A DNA stretch of 64,000 bases from Blastocatellia bacterium (GCA_963765495.1 CAVXWP010000003.1:128001-192000); one strand, 5' to 3'. Shown: positions 8,225 to 19,285, numbered from the stretch's first letter. The notes: generated by a model from the letters alone, not told the origin. Numbers and translations: made by a program.

Positions 8225-10510
8225 ATGAACGCAATGGAAACAACCAGCCATTGGCTCCCGACAGCCTGCATACTTTGCAGCCGCAATTGTGGAATCGAAG
8301 TCGAAGTGCGAGGTCGCGAAATGCTAAGGATTCGCGGCGACCGCGAGCATCCTATATCGGAAGGCTATCTGTGCCAGAAGGCGCAACGACTGAATTACTA
8401 TCAAAATCACAGTGATCGGCTAACATCACCATTGCGCCGTCGCGAGGATGGGTCTTTCGAAGAGATTTCGTGGGAGACTGCAATAGAAGAGATCTCAGCG
8501 AAACTTGTTCATCTGCGCGACACCTTTGGAGGGCGCAGCCTCGCCTATTTCGGAGGCGGCGGGCAGGGCAATCATCTCGGTGGCCCTTACGGCAAAGCTC
8601 TCAGGACCGCGATGCAGACGCAAAATTATTACAGCGCGCTGGCGCAGGAAAAGACCGGGGGGTTCTGGGTAGACGGGCGTCTCTACGGCAGGCAAAACTG
8701 TCATCCGACAGAAGATGTCGAGAACGCCGAGGTCGTGGTCTTCATCGGAACCAATCCCTGGCAATCGCATGGTATACGCAATGCCAGACAAGTGCTGAAA
8801 GAGATTCACAATAATCCTGCGAAAAAGATGATCGTCATAGATCCCCGAAGGACCGAAACGGTCGAGATGGCCGACCTCCATCTGCAACTGAGGCCGGGCA
8901 CTGACGCTTTCTTGTTGGCAGCGCTTCTTGCCGTCATCGTGCGCGAAGAGAGGGAGGCGCGTGAGTTTCTGGACTCTCGCACGAGTGGTTTTGAGGCGGT
9001 GCGTCTGGCTTTGTTGGAAGTGCCGATTGAATCATACGCGCGTCGCGCAGGAATCGGGATTGATGACGTTAAGCGCGCGGCCCGGATGATGGCCGACGCC
9101 ACCAGTTGCGCCGTGCGAACCGATCTAGGCATCGAGCAGACACTAAACTCAACACTCAATTCGTACCTGCGGTCTTTACTTTATCTCGTGACTGGAAACT
9201 TCGCCCGTCGCGGCGGCAATAACCTTCACACCGCGCTCATCCCTCTGATGGGGCATTCGCCCGAAGGAGAGAAGCAAAAGCGATCTTCGGTCACCGATTT
9301 CCCGTTTATATGCAACCTGCTGCCTCCGAACATCCTGCCCAGTGAGATACTGAGCGATCACCCGGAGCGCACGCGCGGTCTGATAGTAGACAGCGCAAAC
9401 CCCTTAGTGACGATGGCCGACACTAAGGCTTATCGCGAAGCATTCGCAAGACTCGATCTGCTCGTGTGTATCGACGTGGCGATGACCGAAACCGCCGCTA
9501 TGGCTCATTATGTGCTTCCCGCTTCTTCGCAATTTGAAAAGTGGGAGGCAACCTTCTTCAACCTGGAATTTCCGGCGAATGCTTTTCATCTGCGAAAGCC
9601 GCTCTTCGAGCCGCTTGAGGGCACATTGCCCGAGCCTGAGATCTACGCGCGATTGTTAGTGGCGATGGGTGCGCTTCCTTCGGAATTTCCTGAACTGGCA
9701 GATGCAGCAAAGAAGGGAAGGATGGCATTTGCTGTCGCGTTTCAAAATGTTCTCAAAGCGAAACCGGACCTTGTTGATTATGCGTCTGTGGTTTTGTACA
9801 GGACTTTGGGGCCGACGCTCGCGGAAGGGGCGGCAGCGGCGGCTTTCCTTTGGGCGACGGCCCATCAGTTCGCTCGAAAAAATCCAGAGGCGGTCCGGCG
9901 AGCGGGCCACAAAGGCGAGGGGCCGATGCTTGGCGAGAGCCTGTTCGAGGCGATTCTGTCTTCGCGCTCGGGCGTAGTCTTCAGCATCAACGAATACGAA
10001 GAAAGCTGGAACTTTATCCGGCACGATGACGGGCTGATCCATCTTGAAATCTCCGAGATGCTCGCCGCGCTCGGCGCACTTGATGCTACGGAGCCGCCCG
10101 CACCAGCGGATTATCCTTTTGTACTGGTGGCAGGCGAGCGCCGCTCATACAACGCGAATACGATTTATCGAGACCCTGCCTGGCGCAAGAAAGACCCCGA
10201 AGGCGCTCTCAAGGTGAATCCGGAAGACGCAGCCCGGCTTGGACTTGCCGATGGCAGTTGGGCGCGATGCGAATCGAAGCGCGGAGAGGTGGTTGTGCGT
10301 GTCGAAATCACCGACTCAGTCTCGCGTGGGCAGGTCACGCTGCCGCACGGATACGGGATGAAGCATCCGAACGGGGAAGGCAGTCGCCTCCGGTCGGGGG
10401 CGCATATCAACGAGTTGACATCGGCGGAAGACAGAGACCCGATTGCTGGCACTCCTTTTCATAAATTTGTGCCCGTGCGACTCACCCCGCTTGAGGCTTT
10501 TCCGGCTTAG
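8225..10510 (+). CDS. molybdopterin (DMSO reductase superfamily) oxidoreductase, cytoplasmic
   Basis: CILCSRNC...GYLCQK [4Fe-4S] motif, DRLTSPL, VIDPRRTET, ETAAMAHYVLP, C-terminal molybdopterin-dinucleotide domain; no Tat signal. Confidence 0.9.
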   Translation: MNAMETTSHWLPTACILCSRNCGIEVEVRGREMLRIRGDREHPISEGYLCQKAQRLNYYQNHSDRLTSPLRRREDGSFEEISWETAIEEISAKLVHLRDTFGGRSLAYFGGGGQGNHLGGPYGKALRTAMQTQNYYSALAQEKTGGFWVDGRLYGRQNCHPTEDVENAEVVVFIGTNPWQSHGIRNARQVLKEIHNNPAKKMIVIDPRRTETVEMADLHLQLRPGTDAFLLAALLAVIVREEREAREFLDSRTSGFEAVRLALLEVPIESYARRAGIGIDDVKRAARMMADATSCAVRTDLGIEQTLNSTLNSYLRSLLYLVTGNFARRGGNNLHTALIPLMGHSPEGEKQKRSSVTDFPFICNLLPPNILPSEILSDHPERTRGLIVDSANPLVTMADTKAYREAFARLDLLVCIDVAMTETAAMAHYVLPASSQFEKWEATFFNLEFPANAFHLRKPLFEPLEGTLPEPEIYARLLVAMGALPSEFPELADAAKKGRMAFAVAFQNVLKAKPDLVDYASVVLYRTLGPTLAEGAAAAAFLWATAHQFARKNPEAVRRAGHKGEGPMLGESLFEAILSSRSGVVFSINEYEESWNFIRHDDGLIHLEISEMLAALGALDATEPPAPADYPFVLVAGERRSYNANTIYRDPAWRKKDPEGALKVNPEDAARLGLADGSWARCESKRGEVVVRVEITDSVSRGQVTLPHGYGMKHPNGEGSRLRSGAHINELTSAEDRDPIAGTPFHKFVPVRLTPLEAFPA

Positions 10511-10775
10511 CTTGTGTTTTGAAACTTATAATGATCCCGGCGTCAGCCTGCAAACCAGATGAGTCGTGTCGGTTTTTCAACTGATCGGAGCAAAGATGTC
10601 GGTGGTCACCGGGCGAGCAAAGTTATTCGATTAGAGCACGTCGAGGTTGCGCCGCTTTGATTCGGATGAATGGGTAATCAATGCAATTGCGGCGGCAATC
10701 TCGATGTGCTTTACGGCAATGATCAATGCCTCTTGCTGACAGGCGAATCTGCGACGAGGCGTTGTGAAAACTCCG

Positions 10776-11513
10776 TTACTCTTTGTACTCCTGTCGGTTG
10801 AGCGATTGTGTCAAGCCTTTAAAGTAGGGACTGAACGTCACGAAATCTGTAGTCCCCTGAAAGAACGCCTTACCGCCCGTTTCATTTGATATACGGTTGA
10901 GCGAGCTCTGGCCGTAGCTGGCCGCGAGCAAACTCCGCCTGGTCAATCCGACAGAAGGCGCGTAGAAAGAATAGATCAATACGTCGCGCCGTTTCGCTTC
11001 CTTGATTGCTCGCTCCAGGTCAATCGAATGAAGCACCGACGCGGCATCAAAACCGCGTGACACGTCGAGACCGTCCGATATGAGCAACAAAACGTTCGGG
11101 TTCTTGCTCTTGGAATCGAACCTGCGGAGTCCCTCAAGGACTTCGACATATGGATTAAAAGGCGAAGCCGAAGGGCTCGAAGTTATAATTCGCAAAGAGC
11201 CTGCCGCACGTGCGAGATCGCTTGTGAATGGCTGCCGCACCTGTAAGCTCCCACTCCTTATGTAACCGACCATCACCTGCGATCCTTCGGGCAGTGATCG
11301 GATAAAGTCACGCGTGATACCTAACTCGTTGCTGACATGCGAAACCAGGTCATCCTGAATGAGAATAGCCAGGTTTATAGGCATCAGAACCTGTTCTCGA
11401 TCCAAAGGCTTCCGATCATTGTTTGTCGAAGGCCCATGAGCAAGCGCCGCCATAGGCATAAGCCCTATGAAGACACTCGCAAAAAATGAAGTTAAATTCC
11501 GAACTCTTAACAT
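10776..11513 (-). CDS. exported VWA-like domain protein
   Basis: Signal peptide; LAILIQDD, LLLISDGLD, ISNETGGKAFF as in VWA domains. Confidence 0.7.
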   Translation of the reverse strand: MLRVRNLTSFFASVFIGLMPMAALAHGPSTNNDRKPLDREQVLMPINLAILIQDDLVSHVSNELGITRDFIRSLPEGSQVMVGYIRSGSLQVRQPFTSDLARAAGSLRIITSSPSASPFNPYVEVLEGLRRFDSKSKNPNVLLLISDGLDVSRGFDAASVLHSIDLERAIKEAKRRDVLIYSFYAPSVGLTRRSLLAASYGQSSLNRISNETGGKAFFQGTTDFVTFSPYFKGLTQSLNRQEYKE

Positions 11514-11580
11514 AATGTTGACACCTCCCGTGTACTGGCTTGCGCCCTAACAGCTTGAGTTTCTTCCTCACAAAGTGTGA

Positions 11581-11596
11581 TGCAAACTTAGAGCCG
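11581..11596 (-). promoter_or_regulatory. candidate sigma54 promoter for the VWA-like gene
   Basis: Minus strand CGG-CTCTAAGTTT-GCA (GG-N10-GC) about 70 nt upstream of the start. Confidence 0.4.
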
Positions 11597-11982
11597 CAAG
11601 TAACCTTATTGTTTTTCGCTTTATTGCGTGACTAAATGACCGCATCACGCCGCGTGACCGTATATCGTCACTTCTAAAAGCAATCTATTATTAAGGATGC
11701 AAGACGTTTAACCTCACTAAGTGCGCCGAGATTCAGAGACTTGACCCAATACCAAAGAGTACTGAGTCGGCGTGGCAAGGGAGTTGCCGGAATCCTTCAG
11801 GAAGCAGTCAGTTTCAATTAAGACTGCGGCGCTCCAATCTAAGAAACGATGGGAGTCTTTTCTGGTCTACCACGCGTGTTGACCAACCGATTGCAGTGAT
11901 CAAACGCGTTTTTCAGGTGTCTCTTTGTACGGTTGGCATCTCGACGCTGCCTTCGGTTCTTTGGTGTGATATGCTTTTGTCG

Positions 11983-14900
11983 ATGACCAACGATATCCAG
12001 GCAACTCGCATCCTGAATCGGGATGACGCCCCGTACACCGCGGTGGCGCCCGGAGTTGTACTGCGCCAGCGTTATCGGCTCGACGGCGAAATCGGGCGGG
12101 GCGGAATGGGTGTCGTTTATCGCGCCACAGATCTCGACTTGATGCGCGAAGTCGCCGTCAAGGTGCTGTCAGAGGCAAATTCAACAGACGCCCGTCAACG
12201 TCTAATAAGGGAAGCCCGCGCCGCCGCCGCACTCAATCACCCAAACATCATTTCAGTCCATGACGTTGGAGAAGCAGAGGGCATACCGTTCTTTGTCATG
12301 GAACTGGTTGATGGCCCAAGCCTGGCGAAAGCGCGTCCGTCCGACTTGCCGCGAATTGTCGAAATAGCTTGCCAGGTCTGCGCCGCTCTCGATCACGCGC
12401 ATGCCAACCGGATAGTGCACCGGGATCTGAAACCAGACAACGTGCTCTTATCTACGTCTGATCAATCGGGAAGCGTGAAGCTCGCCGATCTTGGTCTGGC
12501 GCTGCCGGGCTACGGCGCGCGTATCTCCCGCGCCGGAGTCATTATGGGCACCGCATCTTACATGGCGCCCGAGCAAGCCCTGGGACAGCCTATTGATGGT
12601 CGCACGGATCTATACGCCCTCGGGGTCCTGCTTTATGAACTGACAACCGGTCGTCTGCCTTTCATCGGCGACGATCCATTAACCATCATTTCGCAACACG
12701 TCCACGCTCCTGTGGTGCCGCCGCGCGTGCTGCGCCCGGAGCTTCCGCGTGCGATCGAAGACGTAATCCTGCGTCTGATGGAGAAGAGTCCAGCCTTGCG
12801 TTTCTCCACAGCAAGCGAGGTGGCACGGGCACTTCGCGAATCGCTCGCGGCAACAGAGACGTCCGGTGATGCCGATTCCGGGACAACCGTCGCGATTCTC
12901 GACGCTTTGTCTCGCGGTCGTCTGATCGGGCGCGCCTCCGAACTGGCTGAAGCTCGCGAATTGTGGCGTCGCGCGCGTGAAGGTCATGGCCATGCTGTGC
13001 TTTTGAGTGGTGAGCCCGGCGCGGGTAAGACCCGGCTGGCGCGTGAAATCACGATTCAGGCAGCGGTCGATGGCGCTGTCGTTCTGACGGGAGGTTGTTA
13101 CGAGTATGAGGCGACGACTCCCTACTTACCCTTCGTGGAAGCTTTCCGCCGCTGGGTGCGAGAGCAGAAAGACAGTTCAGCGGTGCGCATTGGGCTTGGA
13201 GAGTCGGCTGCTCAGATCGCAAAGCTTGTACCTGAGATTGCAACCCGTTTCGGTCCCTTTCCCGAACGCCCCGAGTTGCCGCCGCACGAGGAGCGGTTGC
13301 TTTTCTTCGACGCTGTCGCCCAGGTATTTGCCAATCTCGCCCGTGAAAAGGGGCTGCTCTTCTACGCGGACGACCTGCACTGGGCTGATCGCGGCACGCT
13401 ATGGCTCACGGGGCATCTGCTGCGCCAGCTGCGTGAAGAACCTGTGTTTATCTTTGGCGCCTACCGCGATACAGAACTTGATCGCGCCCACCCGCTCGCC
13501 AAGTCGCTGGTTGACTGGAACCGCGAACGTCTGGTCACTCGTATCGCGCTCAGACGTTTCGACGCGGCAGAGACTCTAGCGCAACTGAGCGCACTGCTCG
13601 GCGAACATGTGAGCGGGGATTTCGGCGAGGCGGTGTATCGCGAAACCGAGGGCAACCCTTTCTTTGTCGAGGAAGTAATGAAAGCCCTCATCCAGCAAGG
13701 CTCGGTTCGGCGCGAGGGCGGGCATTGGAAGCGGTGCGAGATCGGAGAGCTTATTATCCCGCAGAGCGTGAAAGAAGCGATCGGCAATCGTCTGGACCGC
13801 GTCGGACGGGAATCAAACGAAGTACTGCGAGCCGCCGCCGTCCTCGGTAAAACTTTTACCTTCGATGAACTGATGGCTACCATCGGCGACAGGCAGGAAG
13901 ATGCGACGCTCGACGCCCTGGATGAAGCAGTAGCAGCTCAATTGATTACGACCGATAGCGGCGACTCCTTCTCTTTTACACACGACAAGATTCGCGAGGT
14001 GCTCTATGAAGAGTTAAACCCGGTTCGCCGCCGCCGGTTGCACCGCCTTGCCGCAGAAGTCCTCGAAGGGCGGAGAACCGATAGCGGCGCAACCCGATAT
14101 CCAGCCGAAAAACTCGCCTATCACTATATTCAGGCGGGCGATTACGAGCATGGACTCGTTTACGCCAAGCAGGCGGCGGTCGAGGCTGAACAGATATTTG
14201 CATTCGACGAAGCTATAGCGGCTTACACTTCCGCGCGCGATTGCGCTGAGGCGTTAGGATTGATAGATGAACAACTGGCTCAGGAAAAAGCAATCGGCAA
14301 GTCCTACACTCTGCATGGTGAGATGATCGCTGCTGGTGAGCATTTCGAGCGGGCGTTGAGACTCGCCGAGGACCCTCAAATACGTGCTCACTTACATTCT
14401 CTGGCGGCAGCTTCGCTTGTCGCAACCGGGGACCATCGCGGATTGGATCATCTGCGCGAGGCACTCTCTGTGCTTGATCCAGATACGAACCCTCTGGGGA
14501 CGGCAAACGCGATAAGTATCGAAGGAAGGTTTCATCACCTCGCCGGCCGGCAAAAGAAGGCTATCGACTTGCTTGAGCGGGCTGCCGACCTGGTCGCTCC
14601 TATCGCCACGCAGGATTCGGTGACGTCGTTTGCCGCTTCTATCATCTCGCGGATTTACGGCTTTCTCGCCGGAGCTTACCAGCACTACGGGCGTTTCCTC
14701 GACGCCGACCGCTGGGCCAGGCGAGATGTGAACTTTGGCATTACGCACGACGTTCTGCTCGCCCAGGCATTAGGATTGGAGTATCTTGGGGAAAACGCCA
14801 TCCACTCGGGCAATTTTGCTGCGGGAATCGAATACGCTGAACGCGCGCGGGAGATAGCCGCGACGCTTCATTCTCGCGAGCGCCGGGGATGGACCTACTT

Positions 14901-15552
14901 TGTCGCGGCTCAATGCGCGTTTTACGATGGCGACCCGGATCGGGCGGAGCGGGAATTTATAGAAGGCATCGCTCTGGCGGAATTGATCGGCGAACTTCGC
15001 CTGGCGTCGTTATTGAAGGGAAGCTTTGCCGTTTTGCAAGCCTATCAGGCAAGCGACTATGGAGTCGGGAGCGTTAGAGATCAAAGCGACGCGCCAGTGG
15101 GGAGCGGAAGTGGTAAAAACCGCGTGGATGCCGGGCATTTGCTTGATGAGGCGCTTGAAAATGCACTCGATAATTTTCAGGCTTGCGAGAAGCTGGGACT
15201 GCTTTATTCGCGTTTCGAAGGTCACCGTTGCCTGGCGGAGGTACATTTTCGACGTGGGGAGTTTGATGAGGCCGAACGACTGTGTGCCGCAGCTTCGACG
15301 TTGGTTTCGGGAACCGAGTCCCGCGTGAGTTGTCTGTGGCTTGGCCCGCTATATATCGAAGTGCTACTCGCAGCAGGACATCGTGCGGAGGGCGAAGGCA
15401 AACCCGACGAGGCCGCAGCAAAACGCGATTTGGCCGCAGAGCATCTGGTTCTTTATCAGGAGCTTGTCGCCGAGTGCCAATCCCCACGCTTCACCCGCGA
15501 GGCATCGCGTCTTCGAGATCAAATCGCGTTCTTTACCAGAACGGCACCCTGA
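11983..15552 (+). CDS. Ser/Thr kinase - AAA/STAND-like ATPase - TPR protein
   Basis: GRGGMGVVY, VAVK, HRDLKPDN, DLG, YMAPEQ; Walker A GEPGAGKT; DDLHWAD; TEGNPFF; helical-repeat C-terminus. ATG 11983 preferred over GTG 11896. Confidence 0.88.
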   Translation: MTNDIQATRILNRDDAPYTAVAPGVVLRQRYRLDGEIGRGGMGVVYRATDLDLMREVAVKVLSEANSTDARQRLIREARAAAALNHPNIISVHDVGEAEGIPFFVMELVDGPSLAKARPSDLPRIVEIACQVCAALDHAHANRIVHRDLKPDNVLLSTSDQSGSVKLADLGLALPGYGARISRAGVIMGTASYMAPEQALGQPIDGRTDLYALGVLLYELTTGRLPFIGDDPLTIISQHVHAPVVPPRVLRPELPRAIEDVILRLMEKSPALRFSTASEVARALRESLAATETSGDADSGTTVAILDALSRGRLIGRASELAEARELWRRAREGHGHAVLLSGEPGAGKTRLAREITIQAAVDGAVVLTGGCYEYEATTPYLPFVEAFRRWVREQKDSSAVRIGLGESAAQIAKLVPEIATRFGPFPERPELPPHEERLLFFDAVAQVFANLAREKGLLFYADDLHWADRGTLWLTGHLLRQLREEPVFIFGAYRDTELDRAHPLAKSLVDWNRERLVTRIALRRFDAAETLAQLSALLGEHVSGDFGEAVYRETEGNPFFVEEVMKALIQQGSVRREGGHWKRCEIGELIIPQSVKEAIGNRLDRVGRESNEVLRAAAVLGKTFTFDELMATIGDRQEDATLDALDEAVAAQLITTDSGDSFSFTHDKIREVLYEELNPVRRRRLHRLAAEVLEGRRTDSGATRYPAEKLAYHYIQAGDYEHGLVYAKQAAVEAEQIFAFDEAIAAYTSARDCAEALGLIDEQLAQEKAIGKSYTLHGEMIAAGEHFERALRLAEDPQIRAHLHSLAAASLVATGDHRGLDHLREALSVLDPDTNPLGTANAISIEGRFHHLAGRQKKAIDLLERAADLVAPIATQDSVTSFAASIISRIYGFLAGAYQHYGRFLDADRWARRDVNFGITHDVLLAQALGLEYLGENAIHSGNFAAGIEYAERAREIAATLHSRERRGWTYFVAAQCAFYDGDPDRAEREFIEGIALAELIGELRLASLLKGSFAVLQAYQASDYGVGSVRDQSDAPVGSGSGKNRVDAGHLLDEALENALDNFQACEKLGLLYSRFEGHRCLAEVHFRRGEFDEAERLCAAASTLVSGTESRVSCLWLGPLYIEVLLAAGHRAEGEGKPDEAAAKRDLAAEHLVLYQELVAECQSPRFTREASRLRDQIAFFTRTAP

Positions 15553-15630
15553 GCTTATCCTCCTGCCGCATGACCCTTCGCGCGGCCCGCCGGTGCGACA
15601 ATCTGTGAGAAATCTCGGTTATTCTACGTT

Positions 15631-16503
15631 ATGCGCAAAGATGACTTCGGCAAAGTGGAGATCAAGGTCAGCAAGGTTGGCGGCAATGTCTATATGCTAA
15701 AGGGCGCGGGCGGCAATATCGGCTTCTCGGCAGGCTCCGACGGCATTGTCCTGGTTGATGATCAGTTCGCGCCGCTCACCGACAGGATCAAAGCCGAACT
15801 CAAACGTATAACCGACAAACCGGTGCGCTTCGTCATAAATACCCATTACCATTTCGATCACATCGACGGGAATGCCAACTTTCAAAAAGATGCTCCCGTG
15901 ATTGCGCATCACAATGTGCGCAAGCGGCTGGAAAGCGGCGGCGCGCCAGGCAATCTCAGTTCTGTAAAACAAGAGTTGAAGCCAGCGGCCAGGGAAGCCC
16001 TGCCCATCCTCACATTCAGCCAGGATGTTACCATTCATTTGAACGGCGAGAATATTCACGTTTTGCATTACCCCAACGGACATACCGATGGCGACAGCAT
16101 GATCTTTTTTCCTGAATCGAATGTCGTGCATATGGGCGATGATTTCGTCACCTATGGATTTCCGTTTATTGATCTGGCGGGTGGCGGCAGCGTGGAAGGG
16201 ATGATTGAGGCGGCGGAGTATGTAATCGCCAAACTGCCCTCTGATGTGAAGGTGATCCCTGGACACGGGACGATCTCAAACCTGAACGACGTTCGAAAAT
16301 TCGTGACCATGCTTAAGGAGACCAGGGACGTGGTTGAGAAGGCGGCCAGGGCGGGTAAGAGGCTTGATCACATGAGGCGGGAAAAGATACTCGAACCCTG
16401 GAAAAAATGGTCTGGAGATTTCATCTCCTCTGAGGCTTTTATCGAAACGCTCTACAACGATCTGACGGGTAAGAAGAGCGGGGAATTTATCAAGCACAAC
16501 TAA
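15631..16503 (+). CDS. MBL-fold metallo-hydrolase (cyclase-like)
   Basis: NTHYHFDHIDGN, GHTDGD, HMGD, IPGHG. Confidence 0.88.
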   Translation: MRKDDFGKVEIKVSKVGGNVYMLKGAGGNIGFSAGSDGIVLVDDQFAPLTDRIKAELKRITDKPVRFVINTHYHFDHIDGNANFQKDAPVIAHHNVRKRLESGGAPGNLSSVKQELKPAAREALPILTFSQDVTIHLNGENIHVLHYPNGHTDGDSMIFFPESNVVHMGDDFVTYGFPFIDLAGGGSVEGMIEAAEYVIAKLPSDVKVIPGHGTISNLNDVRKFVTMLKETRDVVEKAARAGKRLDHMRREKILEPWKKWSGDFISSEAFIETLYNDLTGKKSGEFIKHN

Positions 16504-16816
16504 GATTGTTCAGCCTTTCTTACGGCAGTGGGGAGAGTCTCACCTTCCTGCTCATATTGCTATGGTGACCGGAACTGTCCTCGTCAAATAAGCGTAGCTG
16601 AAGAAATGGGAAAGAGAATCTCACTTCTATCTGTTGCCCTGGCCGCTGTCCCTACATAACCCTGGATTATGTACAGACAGGGGATCGTAAGTATTAATTT
16701 TGTGTTAATTTGCGCGAGAAAGAGAGTTGATTTGCTATCTTGTGCGTCACGAGCTAAGAGACTAAGCTAATAATATTATGATTCATACCAAATCTTGAAT
16801 GATAATGGCGGTAGAT

Positions 16817-16875
16817 GTAGGGGCAGGGCGATCCGGGCAACCACAATAAAATGTATTCATTCGGGTTGCCCCTAC
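16817..16875 (+). repeat. GTAG-type REP-like palindromic element, copy 1
   Basis: GTAGGGGCA...GGGCAACCACAATAAAATGTATTCATTCGGGTTGCCCCTAC; near-identical copy at 21244. Confidence 0.7.
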
Positions 16876-16929
16876 TGCATCCATTTGCAAAATGCTATAA
16901 ATGCGATCCTCACTGATTGGGGAAAGAAA

Positions 16930-19014
16930 TTGGACAAACCCATCGCTCAAGCCGCTTGCGCTGGTTTAGCACCGCAGCAATATCTGACGTTGCTCGAACT
17001 GTCAAAAGCCATCGCAAGCCACCGCAGCCTGTCGGACCTGTTTCATGACCTTGCTGGCCGTCTACATCATCTGTTCGACTTTCGCGATCTCGGCGTAGTG
17101 CTCCATGATGAGTCGCGAAATGTCTTGCGATTGCACATCCTTGAAAGCAGCGAGCCCGCTATTCGCGCCCTATCCAGTGAGCTTCCGATCGAGGGTTCTA
17201 TCTCTGGATGGGTCTGGCAGAACCAGCATCCTTTTGTCACCGCCGACATTCAACAGGAAACACGTTTTATTACCGCGAGGATAGCGCGCGATTATCCTAT
17301 AAGGTCGGTTTGCGTCCTGCCCTTGACGACGACTCGCAGGCGGCTAGGGGTCTTGAATATCTGGAGCGACAAGGCCGGGGCCTACGACCAGCTTGACCTC
17401 GAATTCGCGCAACTGGTTACTGCCCAGATAGCAGTAGCCGTCGAAAATGCTTTCAACTTGGAGGAGGTGCAGACTGCGCAGCAGCAACTCACAAGAGAGC
17501 GCGATCATCTCCGATTGCTGCTGGATGTCAGTAACGCCGTGGTCTCGACTTTTGACATGCGCGAACTCTTGACGTCCGTTTCAGCCTGCCTTCGTCGTGT
17601 GATGTCGCACGAGTATGTGAGTCTTGCCCTCTACAATCAGGAAAACAACACGCTCGAAATCCACGCAATAGACTTCTCCGAAGGCAAGGGGTTGATCCGG
17701 GAAGGACTCTCGGTCCCGCTCGAAGAGGCTCCGGCGGGGCTTGCGCTGACCGCACGCCAGCCGGTGCTTTTGACCAGGCAGGACGTTGAGCAGTTGGGTT
17801 CAGAATTTGCTCAGCGCGTGCTCGGCGAGGGATTTCAGTCGGGCTGTTTCCTGCCGCTTATCGCACACGGTCGACCCCTTGGCGTGCTGGTCGTGGCAAG
17901 TGGGCGTGAAGCCGTTTTCCCAAAACCTGATGCGGAACTGCTCTACCCTGTCGCCAATCAGATAGCCATTGCCGTAGAGAATGCCCTCGGCTTTACCCAG
18001 ATCGTAGACCTGGCAAACAAGCTGACCGAAGAAAAGCTCTATCTCGAAGAAGAGATTCGGACAGATCACGATTTCGAGGAGATCATCGGCTCAAGCACGG
18101 CTCTCAAACGGGTTCTACGCGAAGTGGAGACGGTCGCGGCTACCGATGTGACGGTTTTGATCTGTGGTGAAACAGGCACGGGCAAAGAGTTGATTGCGCG
18201 AGCCCTCCACACTCTGAGTACGCGACGCGAGCGCACGCTTGTCAAAGTCAATTGCGGAGCGATTCCAACGGGCCTGCTCGAAAGCGAGATGTTTGGCCAC
18301 GAGAAGGGTGCCTTTACCGGCGCGATTGAGCGACGCATCGGACGGTTTGAGCTTGCGCACCACGGCACAATTTTTCTCGATGAGGTCGAGGACATCCCTC
18401 TCGAACTACAACCGAAATTGCTGCGCGTGTTGCAGGAACACGAGTTTGAACGACTAGGCAGCTCGCGCACTGTTAAAGTGGATGTCCGTGTCGTAGCTGC
18501 TACAAACATCAATCTCGCCGAAATGGTAGTCGAAAAGAAGTTTCGCAATGATCTTTATTATCGCCTGAACGTCGTTCCCATTAAACTGCCGCCATTACGC
18601 GAGCGCCGCGAAGACATCCCTCTTCTGGTGAACTTCTTCGCGCAAAAGTTTACACAGCGGATGAAGAGATCGCTAGAGAGGATTCCAACCGAGACAATGG
18701 AGGCGCTCACTAATTACTCCTGGCCCGGCAACATCAGGGAGCTACAAAACCTTATTGAGCGGGCGGTGACGCTTTCGCGCGGGTCTATCCTGGATGTGCC
18801 GCTCGCCGAGTTGAGGCAATCGGCGAAAGCCGCAACTGATCTTGACGGTTCAACTACGCTTGAATTCGTCGAGCGCGAACATATCTTGCGCATTCTCCAA
18901 GACTCAAATTGGGTGATCGGCGGACCATCAGGCGCCGCGGCGCGCCTAGGTTTGAAACGAACCACCCTTAACAACCGTATACGCAAGCTCGGCATTACCC
19001 GCCCCCGGCTGTGA
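16930..19014 (+). CDS. FhlA-like sigma54 activator (GAF-GAF-AAA+-Fis HTH)
   Basis: Two GAF domains, GETGTGKE, GAFTGA, WPGNIREL, AAARLGLKRTTL. Start uncertain; TTG 16930 chosen because the longer ORF runs through the REP. Confidence 0.9.
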   Translation: MDKPIAQAACAGLAPQQYLTLLELSKAIASHRSLSDLFHDLAGRLHHLFDFRDLGVVLHDESRNVLRLHILESSEPAIRALSSELPIEGSISGWVWQNQHPFVTADIQQETRFITARIARDYPIRSVCVLPLTTTRRRLGVLNIWSDKAGAYDQLDLEFAQLVTAQIAVAVENAFNLEEVQTAQQQLTRERDHLRLLLDVSNAVVSTFDMRELLTSVSACLRRVMSHEYVSLALYNQENNTLEIHAIDFSEGKGLIREGLSVPLEEAPAGLALTARQPVLLTRQDVEQLGSEFAQRVLGEGFQSGCFLPLIAHGRPLGVLVVASGREAVFPKPDAELLYPVANQIAIAVENALGFTQIVDLANKLTEEKLYLEEEIRTDHDFEEIIGSSTALKRVLREVETVAATDVTVLICGETGTGKELIARALHTLSTRRERTLVKVNCGAIPTGLLESEMFGHEKGAFTGAIERRIGRFELAHHGTIFLDEVEDIPLELQPKLLRVLQEHEFERLGSSRTVKVDVRVVAATNINLAEMVVEKKFRNDLYYRLNVVPIKLPPLRERREDIPLLVNFFAQKFTQRMKRSLERIPTETMEALTNYSWPGNIRELQNLIERAVTLSRGSILDVPLAELRQSAKAATDLDGSTTLEFVEREHILRILQDSNWVIGGPSGAAARLGLKRTTLNNRIRKLGITRPRL

Positions 19015-19153
19015 CACTATTGAGCCATCTGACCGTATCTCGTCACACCCGCTTGTTGAATTCCTCATCGCGCAAAATAGAAGATCAACTCCCTTACCGA
19101 CCATATCTTCGTCGTTCAACACTTACCCGGCGCGTCTCGGAACTGATGTGGTG

Positions 19154-19168
19154 TGGCAAGGTTATTGC
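19154..19168 (+). promoter_or_regulatory. sigma54 -24/-12 promoter
   Basis: TGGCAAGGTTATTGC (GG-N10-GC) between the activator gene and the NmrA-like gene. Confidence 0.7.
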
Positions 19169-19285
19169 GATTGTTAGCAGCGTGGGGTCGGCTCTGTGAG
19201 GCTAAAAAGGTAGAGAATGCTCGACGGTTTGAGAGGAAGAGCCAACACCGATCATCGGAATAAAAGCAGAAGGGGAGGAAACAAA

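Noticed and set aside
16795-16929. Cys-rich N-terminal extension of the FhlA-like protein
   Set aside because: It is read-through across the REP-like element from an upstream TTG, not a plausible domain.
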